Shown here in pieces: positions 38,841 to 50,851 of a DNA stretch of 64,000 nt. Under the pieces are notes generated by a model. It was not told the origin of the DNA. It saw only the letters and a program-made list of their open reading frames with translations, and did no database searches. Position 1 is the first letter of the stretch. Each line of letters begins with the position of its first letter. The DNA is from Trichosphaerium sp. ATCC 40318 (taxonomy: Eukaryota > Protista > Tubulinea): positions 186,001 to 250,000 of the forward strand of contig JALMLS010000076.1 in assembly GCA_038496445.1 (NCBI GenBank), read 5' to 3'. Both the position numbers and the translations under genes were made by a program.

Positions 38841-40844
38841 CTACGAATAAATAGCGGCTAGTGTGGGCGCCGCCTGCCCAATACTAGAACATTGTTTGCT
38901 GGACACATTCAGTATTGTTGTCATGTGCAAATGCTGTTCTATCAATGGTAAACTAAGCTTTATTTGGTCACTATTTTGGCGGGTGATATCTGTACTGTTG
39001 TTATATAATTTTTTTCGTTGTTCACTTCTTTTTTGCTCATGTGAAAAGGAAATACTTTTGATCTTATTGGTTTGTAAACCATAATGATGGTGCACGTTAC
39101 TCAATAAATAATTAGTTTTTTTTACCAACAAAAAAAAAAAAGAAAAAAGACAATAGTATTTTTATCTAGTTGCCGACATGAGGATAAAGTATACGTACAT
39201 AACATTATGATGATAACAATGATTGAAGTTACTGCGATTGGAATTATTTGAGATTTCGTTTTGCACGTGTCTGAGAAAACAGCGATCAATGTGCTATCTA
39301 AGTTGTATTTTGTTAAATTTTTTTAAGAAGTTTGGTTTGATTGTATCTTACCTCTTACTCTGCTTGTTCCTTTGATGCACCCGCTATTTTTTGCAAAAGA
39401 TATTCTTATGTTGTCTAGATAGCATTTTTCGTATTCAACTTGAGCTAGTGTTCTAGTTGATTCTGTTTTTGGCACAAAGTCAACTACCATTTCACCTTGT
39501 TTGAGTTCTGTTAAATAACCGCTGGAGGAAAACAAAGAAGATATACCACTGATGTTATGACATTTTTCGAGGACTATAGAAGAATTCTCTTGGAATACAA
39601 TTACTGAGTTGTTGCTAGTTATCAATGGAGCTATAATACAGTTAGCAAAACCTTGATGTTTGATTTAGCTAGAAGTACATTTCCATCGCATCTCTATTGC
39701 TGGTAACTTTACAACTCCAACAAGCTCACCAGTGCATATATAAAGAGATGCGTCACACAAACACCTTTCACTTTGCCATTCACACTTGATTACATTGTAT
39801 AAGTAATACAGTTGAGGAGTGGCAATTTAGGTTTTCACTTCGTACTTGAGGAAGAATACTTGGCATTGAAGGAGATTCTACATGACGTAAACAATTCATG
39901 ACAACGATAGCGTACGGTGTACTGTAGTGGGTAGTGTAGGGGTGTTTGGAATAGTTGTTGGATTGATAGATGGAGGGCTTGTGGAAGACATCATTTGTGT
40001 GCAACCTGCTGGATTGCAACTATCAGAGTTGTCATTATTTTAAATGAATATACTATTATGAACCTGGGACAAGCTCGCAGAAGTGCGCTACCAAAACAAT
40101 TCCATGAAATGATCAATTCTAATGAATGTACAGTCTTGTTTTCAGGAAAAATGTTTTGTATTAGCCATCCATAATTCTCACGTGACTTGCTCTGAAAGGC
40201 ACGTATTGACACTAAAAAAACAGGATAAGTTGATTTATCTCGCAAGTTCTAATTAAGACATCACTTACTTGATATATCACTCTGACCATCACTGGGAAAC
40301 TCATTATTATAAAGGTCTTGTGGAGTGTTAAGAAAAAGAAAAAATATATCGGGGTTTTTTGGCACTTGTTTTTTTCGTACTGAAACTTTTGTAAGTCACG
40401 TTTTCTTTGTTCCAATCTTTTTCGACTAGAACAGCATTTGAATGAACCCTATTCGATATATTTAATTTGGCGTTAACAACGTTAACATTGCGAAGCAATC
40501 CTCCGCCTAGTAAAAAAAGTAAAACAATCATCAGTCATCAAACAGTATTCGAACCGTTTTCATCTTCGTCTGAGAAGATATCGAATCTAAATAGCATAAA
40601 GTCTCCCCATTCGAGCACAATATCACCATTCGTATTAACAACTTCGTTACTATTCGGTGATGACTTTCTACAAACTGCTACATCAGCGCTAGAAAGATCG
40701 CTGCTGTAATCATAACATGATACATCTATATTTACTATTAAAAACGCAAATAGCGTTAAACAATCACGTGAACGAAGTCTCAAACGTACAGCATGCTAAC
40801 AGTGATACAAGCCCAAATAACGTACAAAGAAAATACCAACTCAT
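38841..40844 (-). CDS. Type I single-pass membrane protein, Cys-containing ectodomain
   Basis: Signal peptide MSWYFLCTLFGLVSLLAC|LNIDV. Pro/Thr linker and Cys cluster near 39700-39990. TM IIPIAVTSIIVIIIML, then a cytoplasmic tail. Confidence 0.65.
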
Positions 40845-41066
40845 GTATTAAAAAACAACGGAGCAAAGTTTTGTCCGTTAAGTTACAGCAGGTTTTTCCA
40901 CTTCTGCAACTGATTCCTGTTTGTATTGGCAATAGTGTACGATCAAAATACAATGATTATCAAACGTCTAACAACATGAAGCAAAAAAAATCTTAACTGC
41001 TCTTTCTTTTTTGGCACTTTTTTTTTTTGGACTTTTTTGGTCAACGTTTAGTTCACTTCAAAGCAA

Positions 41067-43265
41067 ATGTTATTGAAAGCAGCGTGCTTAGTTCTGTTAT
41101 GTATTGTGGCGTACACCTGCGCAAGTAGTGTAGCCTCATGTCACGGTAAACCTAACCTATTACCAGTCGGCACATCAATGCCTGAACTCGTAAGTATAAA
41201 AATCACGTGATAACCAAACGACAAGCTATTTTCTAAACGACCTCAATAGGTTAAAACGGTAAAGAACGGTATTTTATACAAACACAACCACGTCGACCCA
41301 CCACTACTTGTACCACATGTATTCGGTACGAATTCATCTAAAAAACGCACTTTCCAATCACTTTGTCATTCACCGGTCATATTTTATGTCCCTCGTTATT
41401 TACTTCTAATATCGCTTTCTAAGGTACTCCTTATGAGATGGGATACGCTCAAGGAGAATTAATGAAGGAAGAAATAACAAAAAATATTGATGACTTTGAA
41501 GTGTTTATTGAGCAACAAGTTCAAGGCTTTTTGAAGGATTTCCCTTCTTGGCTTGTTAAAATTATTGCTGATGGTGGAAGCGAAGCGGCTTTAGATGCTA
41601 CTTTCTATCTAACTGAAGCATACACTCCAAAACACTTTATGGCACGCGCTCTGAGCTGAACTTTCTAAAAACATTTCACTTATTTTTTTTTCATTCTATT
41701 TTTGAACGTATCTCGAGTTTATGCTTATGAAATACAATTAGGAAGAGCTACATGGTATGTCAGATGCTACAGGAGTAGAATACATGCGTTTAGTCCGTAT
41801 CCTTATGTTTCCTGAACTTATCAAGGTACCTCCAAAGTTAAAATAGCTAAACGCTTCAAACGCTTACCTTATTTAGGCTTCTTGCTCTATGTTTGGCGCA
41901 TGGGGACCTGCTATATCCAAGACAAACGTGCGCATAATAAAGTTAATTTATTGGCCACGTTTTACGCTAAAAAATCAATAGGGTACTCTGTATCAACTCC
42001 GTGCTCTCGATTGGAACGCAGACGGTAAGATTTAACTTAGCAACAATTTTCGAATCACGTGATCATTCGCTTACTTTTCTTTCTTTTTCAGGTCCATTCC
42101 AACAGTTTCCAACTGTTGTTTTTTACCATCCTACTGAAGGTAATGAGTTCTCTATTGCATCATGGGCTGGATTCATAGGTGCTGTATCTGGTATGTCAGC
42201 AAAACCAATCGCTATTTGCGAAAAAGTATGGTTACACTACAACGGTTCAAGTTCACGCATGGGATACCCATGGCATCTTCTATTACGTGATATCCTTCAA
42301 GTACGACTCTTTGTATTTTGTCAAAGACAGTTACCTTCTTGTCTCCCATAGTACTCTTTGGCCTTAAAACATACAACAACTGTTGTAATTCTGTGATGTC
42401 AAAACGCTTCTCTTTTCTTTTTTTCTCCGTCTGTTTAGTTGTGATTGCTAATGTTTTGTACAGTTTGATAACACAATCGATGATGCTTTGAACCGCATTG
42501 AAAATGCTGATAGAACTTGTTCTATCTTTGTCGGTCTTGGTGATGGTAAACAGTTCCGTGCACTTGAGTACTCTTATGACTATGTCAATGGTAAGCAAAC
42601 ATTATCATCTGCCAACTACATTCTTACGTTTAAACGTAACTAACACCTAACCTTTTAGTCTATGACGACGTCAATTATCCATTTTACGCTAGTACGCTTT
42701 TAATTTTTAACCGCAAAAGCCAACCTCAAGAGAGTAGTGTTGCTCAAAACTAAGAATTTTTCAAGAAAGAACTTTTTTTGTTTACGGTACTATTAGATCA
42801 CCCTCAAATGGATGGACTTGTTTTTATTGATAAACATACACAACCATCAAACGATCCATGTTTAACGTACGAATACTCAATCAGAGCCAACAGCCTTGAA
42901 AAAAAACTGAAAAAAAACACGTGGTTTCAGAAAAAAAGCGGAAATTTCTGTCACGTCAGAGTTCCTAACATTGCCTTATAGGAACCTCATGAAAGAGTAC
43001 TACGGTACATATGACCCTCTCACTACTATACAATACATCACTTCTCAGTTCCAAACTGGTGACATGCACATTGTGGTAAGTCTCATCAAAACAATTCGAA
43101 AACTTGTTCCGATTTAATTCACTTTAGTTCTACGACTATGCCGAGTCACACATGTATGTTTCAAATGCTGGTATTGCTGGACCAAACCAAACAATGGCTT
43201 ACGATAGACCATTCGTTCGCTTTGATATGAAGAAGATGTTCGCTATTAAAAGCCCAAGCGAGTAA
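41067..43265 (+). CDS. Acid ceramidase-like Ntn-hydrolase (Dictyostelium dcd1-like)
   Basis: Signal peptide. GTPYEMGYAQGELMK, nucleophile ASCSMFGAWG, YQLRALDW, WAGFIGAVSGMS, RTCSIFVGLGDG, FQTGDMHIV, AYDRPFVRFDM. Confidence 0.9.
41642..41741 (+). other. GC-AG intron (donor GCACGC)
   Basis: Joins KHFM to EELHGMSDATG in frame. No GT donor in the correct phase occurs before the stop at 41659. Confidence 0.8.
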
Positions 43266-43636
43266 AGCGACCAATAAAAAACAACAAACCCACTGTCGGA
43301 TTTGGAAATAAGTTGAAGTTTCTTTCTTTATTCTAGTATTGACACAGCTCTTTTTCATGTGATGCGATTGAACAACATGTATTGCACATGTACATTGTTT
43401 ATAACAAAGCGACTTGTCGTTCTGAGTTCAGATCATACATCCTGTGTTGTTGCACATTTTTTTTATTTGTTTTCTTCGTTGATACAATCTTAGTCATTCA
43501 CAATCATATTATTATTCCTAGTACATTGTTTATATTACCAATAATCCCTTTGGTGGAGTGATAGATTTTATTTTGAAGTATTTTACTGAGGAGATATGGT
43601 ACAATTGTTGATACTGCTTACGATTAATTTTCTTTT

Positions 43637-45106
43637 CTATTGGTAATAATTTTTTTTGTAGGTGTATATAAATATGGGTTCTACTGTATTGCAATCGTCT
43701 AGAAAGGAGATACATAACTTTTTTCGTTCTTCAAAGTAAGTACGTAGAAGGAAATTATTCTTAAAGAAACCATGAAAGTTCAGTGATCCATCTTTATTCC
43801 ACTTTCTGTAATGACCTTCTTTTTTACCTTTTTTGTACAGACACCGTTTAGCAATCCTACCATTACTATACCAAACCTCATACGAACCTTGGTTTTTATC
43901 ATCGAGTACATTCTTACTCTCCATAATGCAACCATTATCATACCATCTTTTTTGTTTTCCTTTTTTTTTATTGACAACATACTCACACTCTTTTATCAAA
44001 ACACCAGATTCCCATTTACAATACATCCCATTCTTGTTTCCATTAAGATACTCAACATCATATTCTATATTTCCATCATCATCCCATTGTCTTAGACGAC
44101 CATGATTTTTCCCATCATGATATTCAATATCACACTTAATTTTTCCATTTTCAAACCACTCTCTCTCACGACCATGCTTTTTACCATAACTATATTCAAT
44201 ATTATACTCTATATTTCCATTATCATACCACTTTCTATAACTACCATGCTTTACTCCACTCACCATATCAATGTCTTTAAACTTTTTTCCATTTTTAAAC
44301 AACTTTAGTCTTTTCCCATTCTCTTTACCATCAGTATAAAAAGTCAATATTCTAATTTCACCACTACCATAATACTCATTTTCTTGTCCTTGCTTAAGGT
44401 CATCTTCATAGCAACACTCATAGATAAGTATACCTCTCATTGTTTTTGTATGTCTACCTTCTTTTTTACCTTCAACAAAAAACAAAACTTGTTCACATTG
44501 GTTCCAATCTGAACTCATATGACGCCCATGACGTTCTCCATTCTTCCAATGACTCTCTTCATAAAGAAATCCAGATTTATACCATCGTTTTTGTGAACCA
44601 TGTCTTTCTCCGTCTTCGTTATAATGAACTTCTGCAGAAAGTTGACCATTTGTGAACCAAGTCCTATGCACCCCAATCGGAACACCTTTATTGTATTGTC
44701 CCTGCTCACGTCGTTGACCATCCATTTCATACAATGTAACTAGACCATCAAGCTTTCCTTGGTGATAAGCTCCTTCTTCTCTCAAATTACCTGCAGCATA
44801 CCAAATTGTATGCTCTCCATGTTTTATTCCTTCCTTGAACAAAGTACGGCTGTAAAGACGTCCATTATCATGCCATACACGTGACATACCATCCAGAATA
44901 CCGTTTTTGAAGCTTATAGCTTTCCAAAGAGTGTTTCGAGAACGTGGATAGTTCTTGATGAACGTCCCATGTTTTTCGAGGCTGTTATTAAACCTAGACG
45001 TCAAAGCCGCTTGGTAGTTTAATAAAGGCCACTTGACATACGCACTATGGTCTAGACTTCTAATTAAGTACTGTATCTCGACAGGAATACCAAGTAGCGT
45101 ATTCAT
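43637..45106 (-). CDS. Intronless MORN-variant (YwqK/antitoxin-like) repeat protein with F-box-like N-terminus
   Basis: Roughly 15 repeats of W/Y-x-x-N-G...Y..G...G. N-terminus MNTLLGIPVEIQYLIRSLD resembles the F-box start L..LP.EI...I. Confidence 0.85.
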   Translation of the reverse strand: MNTLLGIPVEIQYLIRSLDHSAYVKWPLLNYQAALTSRFNNSLEKHGTFIKNYPRSRNTLWKAISFKNGILDGMSRVWHDNGRLYSRTLFKEGIKHGEHTIWYAAGNLREEGAYHQGKLDGLVTLYEMDGQRREQGQYNKGVPIGVHRTWFTNGQLSAEVHYNEDGERHGSQKRWYKSGFLYEESHWKNGERHGRHMSSDWNQCEQVLFFVEGKKEGRHTKTMRGILIYECCYEDDLKQGQENEYYGSGEIRILTFYTDGKENGKRLKLFKNGKKFKDIDMVSGVKHGSYRKWYDNGNIEYNIEYSYGKKHGREREWFENGKIKCDIEYHDGKNHGRLRQWDDDGNIEYDVEYLNGNKNGMYCKWESGVLIKECEYVVNKKKGKQKRWYDNGCIMESKNVLDDKNQGSYEVWYSNGRIAKRCLYKKGKKEGHYRKWNKDGSLNFHGFFKNNFLLRTYFEERKKLCISFLDDCNTVEPIFIYTYKKNYYQ

Positions 45107-45550
45107 AGTGTGGTCTGAGCGTGTTATGGTGTTGTTTTCAAGAAAAAAAAGAGAAATCTTCATTGAACTTGTTGAGAAAAAGGCCTTAAACTTAACTGAA
45201 CTTAAAGGTAGGTGGAGATGGAAATAACACTAGTATTATGGAGGTAGCTCCATTATATAGATAATCTAAACTCTTTGACACATAGTGGCAAGGATCGGTA
45301 ACCCACTGTGGCAACTGAGTTGACAATCTTGAAACTTATAATTTTGTACTCAACCCAAAAATTGGTGTAAGACTTTCTTTTATTTCTTCACAATAGGGAT
45401 AGAAACCAAATAAAAAGTGTACTTATAAGTTGGTAAACTTTGTTTGTACTTTTACAGAATCAAAAAGGCCTTGAGGGCTAAAGCTGAAGAACAAAAAAAT
45501 GCCAAAAAAATGTGTTGGTTCAAAAACTGTTCGTTCATTTTCTTCTCGAT

Positions 45551-48500
45551 CTACTGTGATGCCAAGAACAAGCTTGACAGTAAAACAAGATGTTGCCAGT
45601 TACTTCCCTATAATTGAATAATGAGTAAACAATAGACACACAGGCAGAGATATATTCGTACCATTGCAAGACCATCGGCAGTAACAACAGTTGGAAACTT
45701 CATCTTCTTAACAGTAGCAACAATACGCACCGCTCTTCTTACACTATCCTTTATACGCAATGCAGAAAGGTCTGCCATTGATGGAGCTAACTCGTTTAAT
45801 ACATAGATATAAGCTTCACCATCCTTAAAAGAGTACATTAGTGAACAAAAATCAACAATCCCAGAAAGTTGTGACGTACAATGAAGTCTTGAGGAAGTGA
45901 TTTTATAACTCTGTTAACACGTGCGTTTTCAAGAATTTTGTTGGTCCAACGAACCAATATACTCTTTACTGAGAGACGCTCAACATCATCTAACTCTTCG
46001 CCTAATCCAAACAAATGAGTACAAAGTTGTTTGCTTTCGAAGTGTTCAAAAAAAAAGTCGCAGTTAAACGTTGCGTACCTTCTTCTACAATCTGACGAAG
46101 TCCAGGTCTGTGCATCTTGACCTTAAACTCTATGCCAGCTCTAATTACTTGCCACAATAGTGTAACCATTGCATCACGCTAAAAACACTGTAAGCATGTT
46201 GAACACAAAAAATCAAAAAAGAAAACCAATCTACAATACCTTTCCACTCTCTAAATCTGTTTGTGTTGCTCCTTGTAATCTACAGCCTAAGAACAGAGTA
46301 TTAGAAATAAATGTAACATAATAAATCAAGCGAAATCCAATCATGATTTGTGTATACAGGTCGATAATGTAAAAAAAAATAACAAACACGAAAATTGAGT
46401 TGGACTTACCATACGCCTTTCCTGTGTTTACAGCAAGGTTCCAGTTCTCCATACGCTCCATCCTGTCCGAACCAGCATAGTAGTTAATAACGCGGTCATC
46501 AAGAGATTCAGGTATCATCTTTGATACAAAGAGACAAATCAATACACCATCTGAAAGTGTTTTACATGCTTTATCAATATTATACGTTGATAAAGGTAAT
46601 AGCTTCTTTGCTTTTGTATGATTATTAAGTGCTGTGTTTATCATGCTAAACATAAGTTGTATATCATCTTCATCAAATTCTTCAGATGTAGTTACGCCTA
46701 TAAAGAGGAAAACTGTAAGCGAACATACCAAATACATTGAGTGAAACAATGAAATCAAAACAAAATTACCTAGGTCCTCTTTGCGTTCTCTATCTCTTTG
46801 AGATCTAAGTGCTGCTAATTCGTCCTAAATACAATCATTAATATTCTACTCTTAGTTCAAAATCTCAAACAAGTTGAAGCTAAGCGCTCAAGGAGCCAAA
46901 TTGGTTGAACATTAAAACAAAACAAAAAAACGAGAGAAAATCGTACTGCTACTGAAGATGTTGCTCTACGAACAGGTGATTTCCTGCCATACTGAGATTG
47001 TTGCTTAGATTCCCACATGGCAGACATTGAACTAAATATTTAAAAGAAAATAAGCATACAAACAGATAGTCTAAATACTTGCAACTTACCTTGTCTTGCT
47101 TGGTTGGGAAGGTCTTGATCTTCCAGGTGATGAATATCTTGGCACAGAAGATGTACTTGGTCCGCTTACAGTATAACGCCTTGAAGGACTAGAGTACCTC
47201 TGAGAAGATGTTGTTTTAGTTGGTACATCGGCAGTTGTTGCATAAGATGGACGGCTTCTTGATGGACTCACATAGCTTGAAGTGTTTCGGCTATAAGATG
47301 GCTCAGGCCTATTACGTGAAGGGCTAGAGTATCTTGAGTTATCACGCGAACTATATGAAGATCTTGAAGGGCTTGTGTAAGAAGAACTTCCACGAGAAGG
47401 TGTAGGCTGTGGTCTAGTTCTTGAAGGGCTAGAGTATCTTGAGTTATCACGTGAACTATATCCAGAGGTAACTGGACGATCACGAAGTATTTCTGAATCA
47501 CGATCAGTGTACTTGCTACTATAGCCAGTATCATAACTGCCTAGTACACAAACTTAGAGTCAATAAAAAAAGAACATTCAAAAAAAAAACTTCAAACTTT
47601 GAATAGCTCGCTTAAGCGAGCTCTTAAGCAACCAAACTGTCCCTTCATCAAAAAAAACGGAAAAAGGTTTAATATGTGAATAAGAATTTTTATTATTTTT
47701 TGCATTTTGTACAGTGTACGTTGATGGTAACATTTTTTTTTTTTGGTTTTTTTTTTTGGTTTGTTGAGGTTGGTTTTTTTTTCATATTTAATGCATCAAG
47801 GAAGGGACAGAGGGCGATGAAAATGACAACAAGGGTAGTGTTATTAATATATTCTAACCTGTGTCCTGGCCTTTTGATCCACTGCGCTTAGCAGCACGCT
47901 GTCTTCGTCTTTCTTGACGTCGACGCTCATCTTCTGTCATTGTAGGCTCCTCAGGAGGTACTTCAGCTAGTGCTTCTTTCTTTGCCTGTATTTTCGCTTC
48001 CATAGCAGCCAAAAGAGCTTCTTCCTCTTCTATAGTAAGTTCACCATCACCACCAGCATCAGCATCAGCATTAGCACTGAGTTTAGCTTCTTCTTCTTCT
48101 TGTTCGAGCCTGTCAAGCTCAGCTTCTTCGTCTAATAATTTTTGATGCTCTGTGCGTGTATCAACCTCTACTTGACCAACTTCTCCGTATGTGCGCGCAG
48201 CAAATGATGATGCGCCCTATGAGTAAGTTAGAAAAGCTAAAACACATCCAGATGGCCAACAATACTAAGTTAGAAAAAAAACGTACTTTAGGTTGAACAC
48301 CTTTGTTCTTTAGTTTGTCTCTGAAGTCAATTTGAGATACGGTAGCTGTTCCTCCAGATGTGCTAGATACGCTAGCATCATAATCTCTCTGAGCAAACGA
48401 GGAAGCACCCTAAGAATACAATCAATGACACTGCGACCTAAATAGTAGTAAAAAATATGGGTACATACCTTTGGTTTAACTCCTTTGTTTTTCAACTTGT

Positions 48501-50591
48501 CTCGGAAATCAACATGACTAGGTCCGTCACGATCTTCCTTTAAGTTACCGCTACCACCAGTATAAGGATCACTCTGTAAAAAATAGAATAAGTAAAGCAT
48601 CTTTTCCACAAGATGAAATAAAAAACAAAACAACGACTAACAAACCTTAACAAAGTTTGATTTTCCTTTTGGCTTAACACCTTTATTCTTCAGCATGTGT
48701 CTGAAGTCAATTTGTCCAGCAGTTCCACGAGTCTCTTTACGAGAACTACGATCAGCTTTACCCTTTAATTTAACAGTTAGAATCATAAATGCAAATAACA
48801 AACAACCAACCTTAACAAAACTGGAGTTTCCTTTTGGTTTAACACCTTTGTTCTTTAACAAGTGTCTAAAATCAGCTTGACCTGCATCAGGACGTGACTC
48901 CTTTAGAGCACCAGTAGCAGATATTACTGGTTTGTCATTGACAAAACTCGAATTACCCTAAAAGAACCATCAGAAAAAGCTTCAACACACCAAAAATAAT
49001 TTCTAACCTGTGGCTCAACGTTACGCTTTAGTTTATGTCTAAAGTCCATTTGTTCAGCAGTGGACTCTGTAGGGCGTTCTAATGGTTTTGACGGCGGTGT
49101 CACAGCACTAAAGGAACAAATGAGAAATCAAGCTACCCAGATAAAAAAACGTACGCTGCTTTTCGTGATTCTTCCTCTTTGGCTAACCTTTCTTCTTCCT
49201 CTACGAGGCGTTCCATTTCTTCGTCTCTACGACGCTTATCTTCTTCACGCTTCTTCTGTATTAGTGCCTCTTCACGACGACGTTCTTCTTCTTTCTGTAG
49301 AAATTAAAATCATTAATACGTATAAGCTTAAGAGTGGCAATTACCTGTGCTGTAACAGATACTGAAGGCGAAGCTGCTGCTGCAGCCTTAGCACGACGTG
49401 CTTCTGCACGTGCTCTCCTTCGTAATTCTCGTTTTCTGTCAGATTCTGACATACCAGCGAGAGTAGGATCATCCTGGAACAAGAACATTAGTTGCAGCTT
49501 TAGAATGGATATTTCAAATTAAATAGTTCCCAAAAAGTACCTCAGCATCTTGTGCAACACGATCTCTGGCACTTCTAATCTTTTCTTGTTCTTGACGTTT
49601 TCTTTCGTCTTCTTCACGTCTTAGAGCTTCAGCAGCTTCTCTACGGGCTGCTTGCTCTCTAAATAAAGCTTCTTCCTCTTGTTTACGTATTTCTTGCTCC
49701 TCTTGACGTAGTTGTTCCTCTTTTCTCTTAGCTTCCTCATCTGCAGCACGTTTACGTTCTAATTCCGCTGCTGCTTCTCTGTCAGCCTTAGCTTTAGCCT
49801 CCTCTTCAGCTTTTGCATCTTCGGCAGCTTTGGCATCTGCTGCAGCTTTAGCTGCTTTATCTGCCTCTTCTTCCTCTGCTACACGTCTAAATAGCTATTA
49901 ACCGACAAAGTTACAATAAATGTCGAATTACTTTGCGTCTTCTGCACTCATATCTGGTTCGGGGGTGGGCGTGGGGGTGGGATTTGGCTTAGGCGACTAT
50001 TTATAATAAGAAGGAGATAACACGGAGCGAGAAGCAAAAAACTTTCAAAAGCAATTTAAACTCAAAAAAAATCAGTTGGTAAGCGTACTGCGAGCCCGTT
50101 TCTTCTGGCTTCTCTTTCCTGGCGTTTTCGTTCGCGTTCAGCTTCCCACTCTTCCTCTTCGCGCTTACGCTTCTCCTCACGCTCTTTTCGTTTCCTTTCT
50201 CGCTCCTAGAACACGTCATTAATAACGTTTTTGGGCCAAGTTTAAATAAAATTAGTAAAGTTCTTTTGAAGTTTTAGTACATAACCAGGGATAATAGAGT
50301 GTGTTTGTTGTACCACAAAAGTAGCTTTTTTTGTCAAACAAAGCAATTGTCCTTAAAGCGTGTACATTAAATAGAAGAGCTCTTATTATGTTGAATGGTA
50401 CGTTTTGTAAAGTGTTTTATTGTGTTTTAAATGTAACGCAGTGATATCGACAAATAACCAACAGGTTGTTATTTAAACTCGCTTTGTACCTCTTTTCGTA
50501 ATCTGTCCTCTTCGTCCATTTTCCGCTGGCGCTCTTCGCGCTCTCTGGCGCGCCTGGCTCTACGTTCCTCAAGAGTTTCCGACTCGGACAT
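45551..50591 (-). CDS. Large actin-binding protein: charged coiled coil + five DFRxxL motifs + Ser/Arg-rich region + C-terminal fimbrin-type tandem CH domains
   Basis: Starts MSESETLEERRARRARERE. CH pair: LSDGVLICLFV..IPESLDDRVIN...ENWNLAVNTGKAYGC, LLWQVIRAG, ILVRWTNKILENA, DGEAYIYVLNELAP. Confidence 0.85.
47318..47461. repeat. Coding 39-bp duplication (YSSRDNSRYSSPS) within YSSPSR repeats
   Basis: gaagggctagagtatcttgagttatcacg(c/t)gaactatat at ~47318 and ~47423. Confidence 0.8.
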
Positions 50592-50851
50592 GCTACAATG
50601 CGTTGTAGTTTATGTTACACTCTTAACACTGACACTTGCAATTGCACTTAACCTCAAGGTTCCGTTTTTGAAAAACGCTCTTATTAAAAGCTACAAACGC
50701 TAATACGCTGCACAGCGCATAAATATAATTTCTTTTATTTTACTCTTTAAGCCAACTGTCTAATTCCGCAATAAGGCTTGTACGCTACGTACTCACATTA
50801 GTGAGTTGTTGTAACGTTACTGTATAGCTAGTAAAGTGACAGGATGACAAA

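Noticed and set aside
32968-45320. Shared short motif cccactgt(t)ggcaactg at ~32972 and ~45302
   Set aside because: Only two ~17-bp copies, too few to call an element or regulatory site.
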